Source: Paraspadella gotoi (taxonomy: Eukaryota > Animalia > Chaetognatha). Taken from it: a stretch of DNA of 64,000 bases. The DNA is taken from NCBI GenBank assembly GCA_051294375.1, contig CM119265.1, positions 6,891,489 through 6,955,488 on the forward strand, written 5' to 3'. The translations under genes were made by a program, and so were the position numbers. This document shows, piece after piece, positions 48,101 through 62,669 of this stretch. A model generated the notes under the pieces. The model made no database searches. It saw nothing but the letters and a program-made list of their open reading frames with translations, and was not told the origin of the DNA. Each line of letters begins with the position of its first letter. Within the stretch, counting starts at the first letter, position 1.

Positions 48101-51100
48101 GCAATTTCGATATGTCATCTGCTATCGAACCAACAATGGGTTTTATTATGGTTGAGGGTGGTTTAGAAAAAATTTGTGTCAAAGGCATTTTTCGACTTAG
48201 TCCTTTTGAAACTACAGTCGAAAATGTAAGCACTGAAAATAATGACTTATCCGAACATGAAACCGAAAAAGTAGATACTTCTGACCTGACAGTTTTGTAC
48301 CATGTCAAGAAAAAAACATCGCAAGATAGCTTGAACACCAATAATTCATTTGCAGTTCAAAGTGAAACTCCTTCTGGGGAAGTTTATCTCACACCTTCAG
48401 AAGATTTAGAAAATCTGAAGTCAACAACTGAAACTGATTTAAGTCAATTGAGAGCAGGAAATTCTAAAAACTCAGCAAGTTTTAAAGTGGATTTTGGATC
48501 TATATGGTTTAATTTCGCTGCTCCTCCGTCACAAGTTGTCAATGACAATGAAAGCGAAGACGTTAATGCATTGCACAAACAGCTTGTATTTTCGAGGTTT
48601 GATTGGAATTTGCTATCAACTTTTTCCCCATCCTTGGACGCGTGGCTTTTACCTGGTAGCAAGCTTGGTCAAGCAATATCCGAATTAGGGTTGAAATGGG
48701 AGAGAAGGGTGTCTGCAATTACTGCTGGTTTGTTGATTGAGGCTATTAATTATCCGGAATTAATGGATTATAAAAAACCAAAATTCCAACATAAGTTTAG
48801 CAAAGTTGCTCGTATATTACAGCAAAATCCATCTTGTCAACTTCTAACTGTTTTAAGAAGATACCTGTGCAAATTTAAAGTTAACCATCTTGAAGCGGTA
48901 CTATCAGATAACCCTGAAGAGTTGGGTCCTCCAGATACCAAGATTTTGCAAAAGGGAATCATTGCATTGACAAGAGAATGGAAACATGTTTTATATAATG
49001 CTATGTTGGAAAGCAGTCTTAAATCGAGAGCTAAAGGAAGTATGTACGATCGTCAAGCCAAAAGGCTCTTTAACAAACCTAAAAATGTAGCAGCAAATTT
49101 AAAAAAGGAACGCAAAGAAAGTAATAAATTGGACAAAGAAGAGGAAACCCATGACATCGAAGAGATGGAAGAAAATTCTGAGTTAAGTTTTCCGTCTGAT
49201 GAAAAAACTGGTCTTTTACCAGTTGGTTATTCAGGTCTGAGCGGCTTTAAAAATAATTTTAAGAATGGATATTCAGTTATGCCTTCTTCAGGTGAAGACG
49301 CCACTATTGATGATTATGAACCCGAAAATTCTACATCTACAGGAATATCAATTCGCGAAAGATTGCCGACAAAAGACTTAATGGGCCATACTCCTAAGAA
49401 AAAATGGTATAAGAGACGAAAAAAAATTCAAAAAGTTTTTGACAAAGATGAGTCTGACTCAGATTGTCCTCCAGTTTCTCAAGTTATGAGGCACCATAGT
49501 CTTGGTGTCGAGTCACATGTTAAAGAGTCATCTATGGACGGTTCTCAACCGGATAACGTTCTGAGTAGCTTTCTTAAGCAAGAGAAGGCACGTTCAGAAC
49601 GCGCCGAACCAGATTTATACTCATGGATGGCCGGTCAACAAGATCAGTGGGAAAGAAAATCGGTCCATGTGGGAGATTTGGAGCAGAATCATAGCAAAAT
49701 CGAAACTCCTATTCAAATTTTTAAGGAAAATGAAAGAGATATCGAACAAGGAGAAATAGAAGATGATTATCATGAGGATGATAAAAGTATGCAAGATCAG
49801 CATGTCATACTTGAGCCCAATTTAGCTTTTCAGCTCACACAAGGGCCAAAGATATTTGCTCCTCTACTTGACTCTTTAGGATTAAAGAAAAAAACAGAAA
49901 TGCAAGACATTACCAAAGGACATAACAATAAGTTAACAGCAATCATGGAAAATCTATTTGAAGGGAGAGCATCAGTTATTGTTAAATTACAGGAATTTAA
50001 TTTATCTATTATTCATCCTGAAGAACATGGTACGAGTCGCAATCCTGAGAGATTAAGGCATAAAATACGAACAATTCAAAACCCTCTGTTTTTAAAAACG
50101 AAGTACAAAGAATCACCCGTGTTTAAAACTGATAGCCTTTCTTTGGAAATATCTGTTGCTAGTGTAAATAACTCTACTTTTGAATCAGACCTGAACATTG
50201 AAAAAAACAGTTATGATCATTGTAAGCAATCAACCTTATCAGTCCATTTTTCAATCAGATGTTCAGATGTCTCGCAACACATATCACTTCCCCTTTTACG
50301 ATTATTGCATCAAATTAAAACAATGGGTGAAAAACTTCAAGAAACCCGTCGTGAGATAAAGGATTATGAGCAGGATCAGTTAAAGGAAACTTTTACATTC
50401 AACCGAGACTCGTATCTTAATTCCACCGAGAATGAGTCGAGCAGTGATTCTCCTCCCCAAGTTAAGTCTTTTAGTTTAAGTAACGCAGCATCATTATCTG
50501 AAGAACTCTTTGAAGAAATACCTAAAAAAAAAATTTCACCGACAGATTCACATGTAAAAGTAGATATCGAAACTCATTCGCGTTTAATGCCTAACCCAAA
50601 ATCTCCTTCATCGCGCAAGTTCTCCTTACAGCGGCTTAAAGGGTCAATTAAAGAAGGCATTATTTCAAACGTGAACAAAGAGATTAACTCAGCTACTGTC
50701 TCATTAGAATCAAATGAGGGTACTGGAAAGTTATCTCACGGCGATGTAAAGGAAGATATTTACAATGCCTCATCTTCCCCCAAAAAACCTTTGGAAGATG
50801 AAATTCATTCTGTTGATGGCAAAAAAGATGGGCTTAGTTGTTGGCAAAAGCTGAAATATAGACTGGATTTAGATGAGTATTTCTTTAGTTTTAAAGAACC
50901 TAACAAAATTGACAAAAACAAAATCGGTGTACCATGGTATGTCTCAGTTTTACCCCATTCTGAGAGTAATGAGGTTCCCGTTTTAATTTTTGGTATGATG
51001 CATTTGCTGAAAGCGTCAACTAAAGCAAACATAAGCGGTTTAAAATTAGAGGCACAGGTCGAAAATGTAATTTGTAGTATTACACATCGTGAACAATTTT

Positions 51101-54100
51101 CAAACTTTGAACATTATTGTAATTATTATGTAAAAACATCACTTACCACACATGTGGGTGGGTGTTCATTAAAGCTTTTTGAAAGTATTGGGGACAAATC
51201 TGCATTCAATACAAGAGCGCTCACTGTTCTTAACATAAATGTTGGTACATCTTATGGCATGTTATCTTGTCAGGTCAAGAATGATTCCCAAAATCGGATT
51301 TACGATTTAAACAATGCATTAATTACAATTGGAGTGGTTAGTGTTGATATACCTCAGCATCCCGTTGCTTTACACGGTATGGTCACAAGATCAACAAAGA
51401 GAATTTCTCATACCTTACAAGAGTTGGAAAGCTGGAGACTTGGTCCACCAAGTACGATTAAGTCTAGATCAAATGAAGGAAGCTCTTCAACGATTCCTTC
51501 AAAGCCAACAACGTCGTTAGACCCCACGGGTGATTTAAATGGTGAGGGATTTGCTGCAGTGGATGGTATTGATGGTGCAAAAATGAAAAATGTGAAATCT
51601 CCAGTTATTAGGTTCAACATTTTTTTAAATGGATTTGTTGTTGGAGCATCTCTGATTCCCTCTTTAAAAGCAGAGTACAGAATTGATAAAATTACTAGCC
51701 ATGGAATTACTGGTTCTAGAGCTAGTTTTTCTATTGATTTAAAAACACATCACTTAAGTTTTAGTACAAAAGACAAAAACATTTTAGTAGATTCAGGAAA
51801 TGCAAATGTTGACCTTCCAGGAATATCAGTTTTAGGCGAATATAAATTTCTTGAGACGCCACAGGCTCTTCCTGTTCATATTGGCAATCAAAGACCTTCA
51901 GATTCTAGGCTTGTTGAAGGACTAATGTTGAGAAGTGGATATTTTTTTGATCTTAGAGCTGAAATGGATACATTAAAATTGACATTATCGACAGATTTAT
52001 TAAATCATTTAATGTTTGTTATGAAAGTTTTTCAAAATGAAGTAAATGATGTGTTTGTTAAAATGTCACGCGGAAATAAAAAACGAGACCAGACTAGCGG
52101 TGGGAGCATTGAAAATGCTATTTCCAAAGCAGTTTCTCGAACAATCAAAAGTGAACGGATTACTCATCAGTTACTATATTCTCTTCATATTGAACACAAA
52201 GGAATTGTTATCACTGCAACTGCTCATGCTTCATCAGCCGTACGTTTGGAAACTGACAAACTAGACATCTACATTTCGAACCGAATAATATCTAGTAAAA
52301 CTGTAAATAAAAAATGTTATTCTATTTCACCTAAAATTTTTGTGAAAGCTTCAGTGGATCTAGAAATTGGTTTGGGTAATCTTGTAAAAAATCATGTGTA
52401 TGAAGAAACAGATACCTATGAAGAAGCTGATTTAAATCAATTAGCATTTTTCAAAACAAGAATTGGTGTTCGCAATGCCCTTCCTTCGGAGATGATTAGT
52501 TCAAAGAATGAAGAAGTTGAAGCATTAGGAAAAGAAGCAGTATTAATATCACTTGCAAGACCAGTCATTATGGTTCAGTCTGTTGCATTTGATAAGGCAG
52601 TGGTTGTCTGGATGAATTATAAAAATGCTTATGATTACTGGCAACACCAGCGAGCTGGGTTTGATCGTGAGATAATAGATACAGCACAACGGGTTTTTCA
52701 GGGTGTGAGTAATTCTCTTTCACCAAGTTCACATGATGGTTTTGTCAAACAGGAACTCGGTATTAATAAAGGAAGTATGCTTTTTCTTCAGCTTACTGTT
52801 GAAGATCTTGGAATTTGTTTGCCTCTTGTTAATAATTCGGTTGCTCAAAAAAATATGAACAGTGCATATATGATGACCACTAACCAAGATCTACAGGATG
52901 AAGGGGATATGACTGGTAATTTCATTACTGGAAGTACAAACACTTCTTCTTCTAGTGTGGTTGTAACTCTTGAATCCACTCAAATATCCGCTTGTTCAAC
53001 GATGGAAAAAGGAGTGGTTTCAAAGGGTATATTTCGAGGATTCTGTGTCAGATTTGCAGATGGATTTACTACTTCTTTAGACAATTGGAATCCGGAAATA
53101 AAAAAAGGTGAACCGGTTATGGATGCATGTGTTGTACCTAATGGAACTTATGAAATTTGTTCCAGAACAAAAAATGTTTTTAATTCTGGCTCTATCCCAA
53201 AACCAAAACTAATATGGAATATACAATGGATAATGAAAGGTATTGATGTTCACATGGGCGTTAACATTGGAAGAAAGTTATCTAATCTGTTTGAAACACT
53301 AACAACATTAACAGAAGATGAAAAAAATAGTAAAGAAGATTTTAACACTTCAGATAACGTTGAAAATAGTGCTGATGTAAATATTGAGGAAACAGCAAAA
53401 ACACCTGGTGAACTTGAGACCGTTGCTCTTCCGAGTATTCTAGTTGAGGGTGGACGCAAGAAAGGTCAGAAAGTAACAATTAGTGATGACTTACTTGAGA
53501 GACCACTATCACCGCAGCCAAAGATTGATCGAGACTGGAGACGAAAGCTACTTGAAACACAAATTTCTGAGCAAGGAGAAAATATAACTACGTTAAAGCA
53601 GGTAAATATCGATGCGAAAAAATTTGCACTTTTATACGCTCGTCATGACTGATAGTTATTTTAGGATGAGGATGAGACTTGAAAAAAAGTTTGGTAGATT
53701 GGGCGTTATTTTATTTGAGATTATTATATAACAAGAATGTATTGCGCCGCAGTGACTGTCTTATCACGTGTATTTCTCGTGACATGACATGTGACATGAC
53801 TACAATAACTTTCTTAGCCTGTGTATTTATGATATGTACTGCATGAAAATTCTGTCTTTTAATCCTTGTAGTTTTAGGATTTCCTGAAGGCGGCGCTAGA
53901 AGTCATTTAGATTTGAGGTTTTTTCTGTCTTAACAAATGAGCAAATATAGGCAAATCATATGCATTTTTAACATAAGTGGGACAGACATACCGACCGACC
54001 GATAGACCGACCGAAAAGTGACTTAGTTTCTCCGCGAGTACTCGCGGCGCAACTAACAAATATGAATTTCTCTCTATTATCTAAAGTTGCTAGATATTGT

Positions 54101-57100
54101 TAATGTCTGTTGCTTTTAGACTTTAAAATTATGCGTTAGCATACAAGGATCCACCTTTCAATTTTTTTACTTTAGTTGTCACACCATGTCATATCATGTC
54201 ACAAAAAATACACGTGATAAGGCAGTCACTGCGGCGCAACACATTTGAATTACCGTTCGTGTTTTTAACATATTTTATTTATTTTTTTTTTTTCAATTTA
54301 GCTTGGAGCATCCAAAGCCGTCATAGATGATGAAATGAGAAAGCTACAATCCCTTGAAGCTGCTCTCCGAAGAGACGTTTTGAGTAGCTTAAGAAGGCAG
54401 AGCATAAAAGTTAAAGCTGAGGTAATGGAAATGTAGTCTGCTTTCTCGGGACTGTTTTCATTACAAATACGTTTTTACGTACGTAGGCCATAAGAGTTCG
54501 GGACGAAATAGCTTTTCTTCCACGCCAATCTACTCTGCAAACTCCCACTCGGCCTAAGCACACTCGCTCCAAGTCGGCAGGAACTAACCTCAAGCTTTTG
54601 TTAAGACAAAGGTATTGAATTTTTTCGTTGTAAACGTTTTTTTATCTTGTATAATTATTTTACTATTCTTCCTCAGCTCGATAACCTGTGCTGAGTCTTT
54701 TTCTATTTCACCTCTTCCACCTACGCTTGCGGATTCCAATAAGATAGTTAGCAATAATCCAGTTGGAAATTCTGGAAAACGAAAGTTAGGTCACATGAGA
54801 TCAGCGTCGTATAATCCTGAGAATACTACACCAGCATTAAGCAAAAGTAAACGCCAGATTCATTGTCTAACCCTTCCTATCAGGTCCGAGTTTTTTTACC
54901 AAGTTAATTTTTGGTGGTTGGTTATAGGATTATCATAATCACCTTCTATGCTTATTGGGTTAACAAATAACTCGACTCGTTTTAGAGGAGTGTTATTTTT
55001 TTAACCGAAAAATGGAACAAAAATAACACGAATATTTGTAATTTGTTTAGAAATCTTTTGGGGAAAAATATAAAATTTGGAATTTTATCAACTTATTTTG
55101 GTCGGATTTTTATTTGGGCATCCCTTATTATTTATGGTTGCTTAATAGAAATTTTTGAGTTTCTTATAACAATATTAAGTGTTGGCCCTAAACCTTAAAC
55201 AATATTTCATATAATAATTTTGGTGAATAATATCCATGTTTCAATGTTTTTATCGTCGCAATCGCCAAGCGTTTGCGACGATATTGTAACGCTTTTGCGC
55301 ATAAGTGCCATAAGTGGCGTTGTCGTCGTCGTCGTCGGCGGCGGCGTTCCAAATTATAGATCGCCTTTTTTATAATCATCGATGTGCTTAAAATTGAGTC
55401 AGGACAGTTATTAAATATGTTTTGTTTACGTTTTATCAAAACAAACAAATTTTCTCTCTTTAATTTTTATATTTCTTACTCTCTCTTTTCTCTTTTAATT
55501 ATATGTCTCTCTCCCTCTCTCTTTTCCCTAGTCATTGATTCATAGGGAAAAAAAACGAGTCTGCATGGGCTTATTCTTTTTCTCTCTTTTCTCCTGCTGC
55601 TTCTTCTGCTGCCTTTTGAGTCTGCAGCTGGCTCTGCAGGGGCTTATTCCTTCTCTCTTTTCTCCTGCTGCTTCTGCTGCTGCTTTTTGATTATTTTTTT
55701 TTCTCTCTGCGTTTTTATTAAAAAAAAAATTGAAATAAGATTGAACTCGTAAAATTAGGCATCGCATTCGTGCATGTTATCATTTTGCTATCGCAACATC
55801 AGGTTTTTATTTTTTTTTTTCTCAGGGGCTACGTCTGCTGATTAGTTTATTTTTTGACAATGACTATTTTTTCCCATTTTTTTTCAGAAACTGTAACTTT
55901 AATATATGATTTATAAAATCTAATTTTTCTTTGTTTATAAATTAATTTTCTTTTTTCAAATTTTATTTTTTTTAGTATCAAAAATTGTCATCAATTCAGA
56001 TTTTTCTTATGCGATTGCGACGATCCTTATGCTGTTAAGATTTTTTATAGTTAAAAAACTATAATGATTTAGAAGTTTTGAAAAAAATTTCTGCATGCTA
56101 GAATTCTACTGTAGTATAAAAGTAAACAAGATAGATAGCGGGATCTCCTATTTATGATTATCGTATTATAAATATAATTTCTTTGGAAAAGATTAGCTTG
56201 TACTAAAAATTTCTCTTGGACTTAAGTTCTGAAAAGAAAATAAATAATTCCTCGAATGGTTGCAAAAAACTTTCACCATTTTAGTGCTTCGGTGACAGAC
56301 AACTTGTTAACATGCTTGTTACTTTTTATTTTAGATGCCCAAATGATTTTTATGTATATTGTATACCCATCTTATTTTATCTTAAAAATTAGAGTGGCAC
56401 AAAAAAGATTATTATTATATGAATATTTAAAAATATGTAGTTTTTCTAGCCGTGACTAGAACAAGGTCAATAATATTCTAATAATATTTTTCTATTTATT
56501 TAGACGAGGGATTATCGTCATCCTATCAGATTTAAAAATTCTGAATTTCTTGATTTCATGCATGCAATTAAAAAGTTTTTCATTGGGTGATCCGTAATAT
56601 TCCTACGTAACATGCGCTCGTTTAAAGAACTTACCGCATTCCTTTTATTCTTGCAACCTCACTCTTTGTCTTACGTAGCTCACCATTGAAACAGAATTTA
56701 CCACATTTTACAGCGGGGACGAAGATTTCTCATTGAAATCTCCGGATTCGGAAGGCTCAGAAACTTTACCCTCTTCGGAAGTCGTTTCGCCTTTATCCCC
56801 TGAAGACGAAATTAGCGATCGGAGTGAAGATACGGTTTTTCACTTGGGTAAATTTTCTGGTCAGTTCGACTCGATAACGTTATAATTGAATCGTTATTTT
56901 TTTTTACTAGAAGGCACTAGATCATTGCCAACGGATCAAAGAATTCATTCGGCGCCAGTGACGTCTCGCCCGTCGGTTGCCTCCCGTCACACTAGTGTAT
57001 TAAAGGAGGAAAAGGTGGACTTTGAGCTCGACATCAAAGTTGTCATTGACAGCGGCAGGTGTGTTTTACACCCGAAACAAAAGGCGGACCACGATGACCG

Positions 57101-60100
57101 CAACGAGGAGAACCGTCGAAGCGGTGGAACATTTTTCAAGCGTCCAGAGATGGCGCCCACTTCTTCGCGTTCCGTTCATTATGCGTCGGACAGACCGTTT
57201 GACCCTCACTTTTCATTAAGATCTGCCTCAGGGAGCGGTCGTCCCGGCTCTTATTACGGATTGGAGAAGGACACCTTCGGCATGCATCCGTGGCCAATGA
57301 CTGCCAGCGGAATGGGCGGCGCTAACGCGGGATTTAATCAAGCGGAAGAAGGTCTCGTCGACACGGTGTTTCTCTTTCCGGGCGTCGACGTTCGAGTTAA
57401 GTATCACTCCGCCGATTCGGAGATCGTGCTTCACTCGGATCGCCGTGAGGACGCCGAGGGTTCCGTTTCCTCCGCCGGTCCAGTCCAAAAAAAATCTTCA
57501 AAAAAGGGCAAACTCTACGTTTCCTGTCATTTTCAAAAACTACCCGACGAAATGAGCATTTCGCCGTCTTTGGTCGACTTCCTCACTCAAGCTCTGGATC
57601 CGATTCCCTTCGAATTTCCAGACGACGCCTCCTCGTCCGTAGATAACGTTGGAGGAACCACCGATGAGGAGGAAGGTGGCGCCCATTCCAGCGACGATGC
57701 CACCGATCCTGGAGACGCATCTTCCGGGGCGGAGGTTATAGCCGACGCCAACGAGGTGGCCCCTATTCTGCACTCGACTTTCTCCGTTGATGTGGTAGTG
57801 TACGTCCGCGTGGAACCGTCAACTGTGCGTTTTACTTGCGTACCTACATCCCGAGTGGAGTGCATCATTAAGTTTCCTACACTTGATCTCACATTTTCCT
57901 ATCGAGATTCGGAAACAAACTTGGATAACGCCTCCGAGGGAATTCGAGTTCATGCTTCCAAATCTGAGCCTACCCCAAACATCTCGTCTCGAGAACGACC
58001 TCGAACGTTGCCGTTGAGCGAGTCGTCGTCATCATCGCCATCACCACCTGTTGCGTCTTCAAAGCAAGCCGCGATATCTGGAACAGAAAATTGCAAAGAC
58101 CCTTCGGGACTTTCCTTTCAATTTTCAGGCTCTCTTTCTAACTTTTCCTTGCTTATTTTTCACCCATTTGGTGGACCTACTCGAATGACGTACGCCAATC
58201 TAGACGCCACAAGTATGGACCATTCCGGATTTCAAACAAACGCCGCTGGAGAAGCCGGACGTAAAGAGTACATGAGTCTCAATGTTGAATCGATCCAAGT
58301 ATCCATCTCTCGGTCGCGCCAACTCGGACCCAACGCCTCTTCGCTGCAGTTTTCCACTCTTTGTGACATTGGATCGGCCAATTTTAACTACGACATGCGT
58401 CGCCTGGTGGAAATCCTCGACTTTCCTAAAGCTTGGTATCGCAAGGCTATCATTCGACGTATGTTCCTTGGCGAGACTAGTATGTCACAACCTTTGAAAC
58501 ATTTGGGGTCCCAGTCCTCGGACCCCGAAGGCGCCATCCTCGGTAATTTTTCTGGTGAGAGCGAGAGCGAGGAAAATTCACCTCCTGTTCTCGTTGGAGG
58601 ATTTTCAGCGACGCCAACTGTCGACGTAAAGTCAATTCCACAGATTTGTGTAAATACGCCCGACTGCAATGATTTTGGAGCAAGTTCTGGAAAAAACCCC
58701 CGTTTTCAAGGGAATCTTCCGGGACTAGCGTCGACTTCTACACCTATCGTGCCCTCTAATAATTCCGCTGGGGGGTCAAGGCCCACCGCAGAAACTTCTC
58801 AAGCCACCATAAGCAAAGCCATGTCAGTCGCTTCGACGGGGTCCGCTGGAACTGGCGGAACTACAGCCAGTAGTCAACTTAGTTCCGCAAATTGGGATAC
58901 CTTTGTCCTCGTCGCTGTCAATCTGAAGAAAATGGACATTCAGATGAATATGAGCAATGCAATGGGAAACACAGTGTGGACGACAACTAATTTACGCTCC
59001 CATGGACGGCTCCTTATGGGAAGCAGCGGGAAGAAAGACCTTACCGTTACGGCTGGATTCGAGGCATCTGACTTGGAAGCCCGCGGCGGCATTGTCGGTG
59101 GTGTTATCGACGTGCAAAAAGTGGAGACGACTTTTTCTATTTCCGAAAGCTCGTCGTCGATTTCGCCTTCCGCGCGGTTTTCATCAGACGAGAAAGCCGT
59201 TGAGATTTCACGGAAAGCGCCCAGTCATTCCCTTCATCTTCGCCTTGACGCGTTCGAAGGTCGCGTAGACTTTATGGGTTCCTCAATTCTTATGGGAAGA
59301 CTTTCCGCTTTAAGCGCGGCCATGGCGGACGAGTGGAAGCTCGATGCCGCCCTTTTCGACGCTCACAATGCTCCAAACAGCCCCGAGGACAGCGCCATGA
59401 TCAGGCGTCGGGCACAAATATACCTCAATTGCGAGTTGGCTTGGGAAAGGTTCCATGTGATGATCACTCGCAGTACCACCCCCGATCTCATACGGTTATC
59501 ACGACGCTTGACCGACTTTTTTTCTCATCAGTTTCAATCGGGTAAAAAGGTTTTGGAAAGCATCGGCCCCGGTTACCCTGAACTCCGAGGTCGTCACTCT
59601 CGCCAGCGGTCCCACGAGGAAGCACTTATGGGAGGGCCTTGTTCGCGATCGACCTCATCTTCCACAGCCTCGACAGGGCGTCATCATCGTCACTGGCAAC
59701 GCCCGCTTTCGGCCGTCTTTCGTGCTAAAGTTCTTTCCTACCTCCCCTCGCAGATCCCCAAACAAGGAACTTTGTTGGGCGGGACCATGCGTTTACGCGG
59801 AGAGGATTTGTCCCTCGCTTGTTTTTCCGGTATTAACTTTCGCTCTAACAAATGGGCTGTATTTTATCTTAGCGAGCCAACTATTACCTTCACCACCGAA
59901 GCTCAGTTTGTCAAGAGTGATCCTGAGTTGGTTTATCCGACGGACAAGATGGACACCAGCATTGAACAAGATTTGCTCATTCGACTGGGCAATGATCTGA
60001 CGGAGCGACAACGTGCGACCATTTATCGCTTCTCGCGCGAAAAGCAGAACGCTCCCACTCACGCTTCGACTTTGCGAGAATGGTTCAATTATACTTTCGC

Positions 60101-60902
60101 CTCGCTCCCCGAAATGGATGCTTTCCCCCATCGTGCCCGCGAACGTTCAGAGAGCGTCTCCTCTTTGGACAGGCGTCGGAAATTCGAATATAAGCACAAC
60201 GCCGTCGATATCTTTGCGTTGCCGTGCATGCAATGCCGACTGACGACCAACCATATGCAAACTTTCGCGCCGCCGTCTTCGGTTGACGAAATTCCCGAAA
60301 AGGCTGTCGTGAATTGTTCTTTTTACACCTCCTTCGAAAACCACATACAAGTAAGGATGGATGCCGAACTCTTCTTTTTCCTCCATGAGCTCGTTCAAAA
60401 CTACATGCACGAATGCGAGAAGGCCACAGGAGGCGGCAGTGCCGGCACCAAAAAGTCGGCCAAGGATGCCGGTGACGCTAAGAAGGAAAAGGGTTCGGCT
60501 CAGTCTCCCGGCGTGACAGAAACTGAAACTAAAGAGTCCGGGGACGTGACGTCATCCAAGTCACCGGTTGAGGCGTCGTCGAAAGCCGACTCTTCTCCGG
60601 TCGAATCTTCCACGGGAGTAACGGCCGCATCTTCGGAAGATTGGCGCGAGTTTGTGTGTAAGACTTGGCATTTAAATCCCACCCTCAGTTTTTTGACGGC
60701 CGGCGTTTGGGCGGAGCCCATCGAACCAAGCGTCGGTGTAGATTACGTACTCAACAAGTTGGGTTTTAAACATGCCAACACCACCATACCCAAATGGACG
60801 CAGAGAGGCGTAATGGACCCCATGGACAAAATTCTATCGGTAATGATGCACAAGTTTATCATTTCTCTTAAGGAAAAAGACGACGTGGACAAAGTGCACT
60901 AA
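42140..60902 (+). CDS. BLTP1: Bridge-like lipid transfer protein BLTP1 (KIAA1109/tweek/LPD-3/Csf1); major exons ~42140-46870, 46951-53601, 54302-54421, 54487-54611, 54677-~54880, ~56679-56847, 56911-60902
   Basis: N-terminal TM segment followed by YYNSRIVG..SFSVSVLSGKILFRDI..QDG; EPPRFMGEGFVV; YGPWVDRQRDHL; C-terminal DWREFVCKTWHL.P...GVDYVLNKLGFKHANTTIPKWTQRGVMDPMDK. Small exons between 54.9 and 56.9 kb are uncertain, as is the choice of start (42140 or 42200). Confidence 0.92.
55247..56046 (+). mobile_element. Helentron/DINE-1-like family 3 (subTIR ATCGTCGCAATCGC / GCGATTGCGACGAT) in a BLTP1 intron
   Basis: Termini and 3' CTTATGCTGTTAAG hairpin are shared with the copy at ~7432-8030. Confidence 0.62.
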
Positions 60903-61439
60903 TTTTTTTTTTTAATTATTACATTGTTTTGGGCTCAAAGTATTATTTATTTATATCTAGTCAACTTAATGAATTCTTTTAAAGTTTTTTTAAACCGCCA
61001 TTTTAAATTAGTATGAAAATTGCAGCTCATCAAAACAATATCGTATTAATATTTTTCGATGAGTAATTCTCGAGATTTTGTTATAATCTTTGAATTTTAT
61101 TTCTGCTCTTTCAATAAAGATATAAGCTTCATTGTTTCTAATTATGCTGTTCTATACTATTATGTTTTTCACTGTTTTTTGTTGAATTTTCCTGAACTCT
61201 TAATAGATCTCGTATAAAAACTTTTAATTATTAATATTTAATATCGAAAATTCTATAATTGTTACGGCTTAAGTATTTTTTTTGTTTTTATTTTTCTTAG
61301 TATAAACTAATATTATTAGTAAGTTTTACTAGTTTTTTTAAATTTAAATATTTCATCAAAGTAAATTTGAATGATTTACTTTTTTATTAGCTTTCGTGTT
61401 ATCTAATACTGGTGTCACATAGTCCTGTTACGTACAAAC

Positions 61440-62013
61440 ATGAAATTCAATACGAACGAAGCGAGACGCATTCCTAAAAACGGTTTTCATCCGACAAGTA
61501 ATATTAATGACCGTAAGCGAAAGACAGATCTGTGGAATGGATCTCCTGTTGCATACAAGCAGGTTTGGGCATTTCATTAAATTCCTATAGTATTAGATAA
61601 GATGATAATAAAAGTTGGTTAAAATTTCAGCCAAAATTACATGATACGGATGTGAAAAGAAGGAGTCTGCCAATATACCCTCTAAAGGGAACTCTGGTCA
61701 GAGCTGTCGTCGAAAATCCTTGCTTGATTTTGCTGGGTGAAACAGGATCTGGTAATACTATGTTTACATTTGTAATGACGTTTAAAATGAATAATTTCAC
61801 AAATAACTTGGTGCCTACTTCGTACGTATTACTGATAATTAAATGAAGCAATTTTTTTCTTCGACAGGCAAAACGACGCAACTGCCGCGTTTCCTTTATG
61901 AATCTGGCGCTTTCTCACACGGCGTCATCGCGTGCACGCAGCCTCGACGAGTCGCCGCCATCACAGTCGCGCAACGCGTCGCTCTGGAGATGAAAGTTGA
62001 CTGCGGGACAAAG
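61440..62013 (+). CDS. DHX33: 5' part of a DEAH-box RNA helicase, most like DHX33; exons 61440-61562, 61631-61751, 61868-62013, continuing beyond
   Basis: RRSLPIY...LILLGETGS|[14 protein letters not shown]...[24 protein letters not shown]. The paralogue (DHX33 versus DHX8/DHX40) is not certain. Confidence 0.65.
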
Positions 62014-62669
62014 GTTTGGACGCCTTTTTAAATTAATTTTACGAGTTACTTTCTTTTATTTTCAAAGCTTCTCAATTCTGATGATGAGTTACTTGAAGTT
62101 TTTGTTTTTATTAAAGTTATTTATCATGGACTTGTAAAATCTCTTTTCTTTTTCTTCTTGGAGTCGCAGTCTGTCGAATCCACTCCTGTCACCACATTTA
62201 AGTAAGTAGACAGAGATTTCAACATGAAACCAAAGTGGAAGTTTTTCTTGAGAAAAGTCACATGCAAAGACAGTGCCAGAATTTGAGACAAATTGATTCA
62301 ATACAAAATGATCAGGTATATATACAATACAATCGACACGGGCTCGTTTCCCGAATGCATGAAGTCTCTCTTCTCATCGGTCCGTTTCGATGAGGATTCA
62401 TCCAATTCATCCGAGTCGCGGATCCTATTCCTTTTTTGGTTCCGATTCCATCTGCGATGAAACAATGCAAAAAATAAAACCGTACTTTTATAACTCGCTC
62501 TATATTGTCTAAAATACACAACCTGTTTAAGTAACTTTAATTACAATCAAAATATTATAGATGAAATTTTATCATTATCGATGATTGGCATAAATTATTC
62601 ATTTCAAATATTCCTTGAATAATTTTTCCCCCTTTGCTTATGAAAAATTACAAGATTACTTGTTTTAAA

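Noticed and set aside
42140-60902. Three large ORFs (1610, 2241 and 1338 aa) as separate genes
   Set aside because: They are linked by GT-AG introns and correspond to consecutive parts of one BLTP1 protein.
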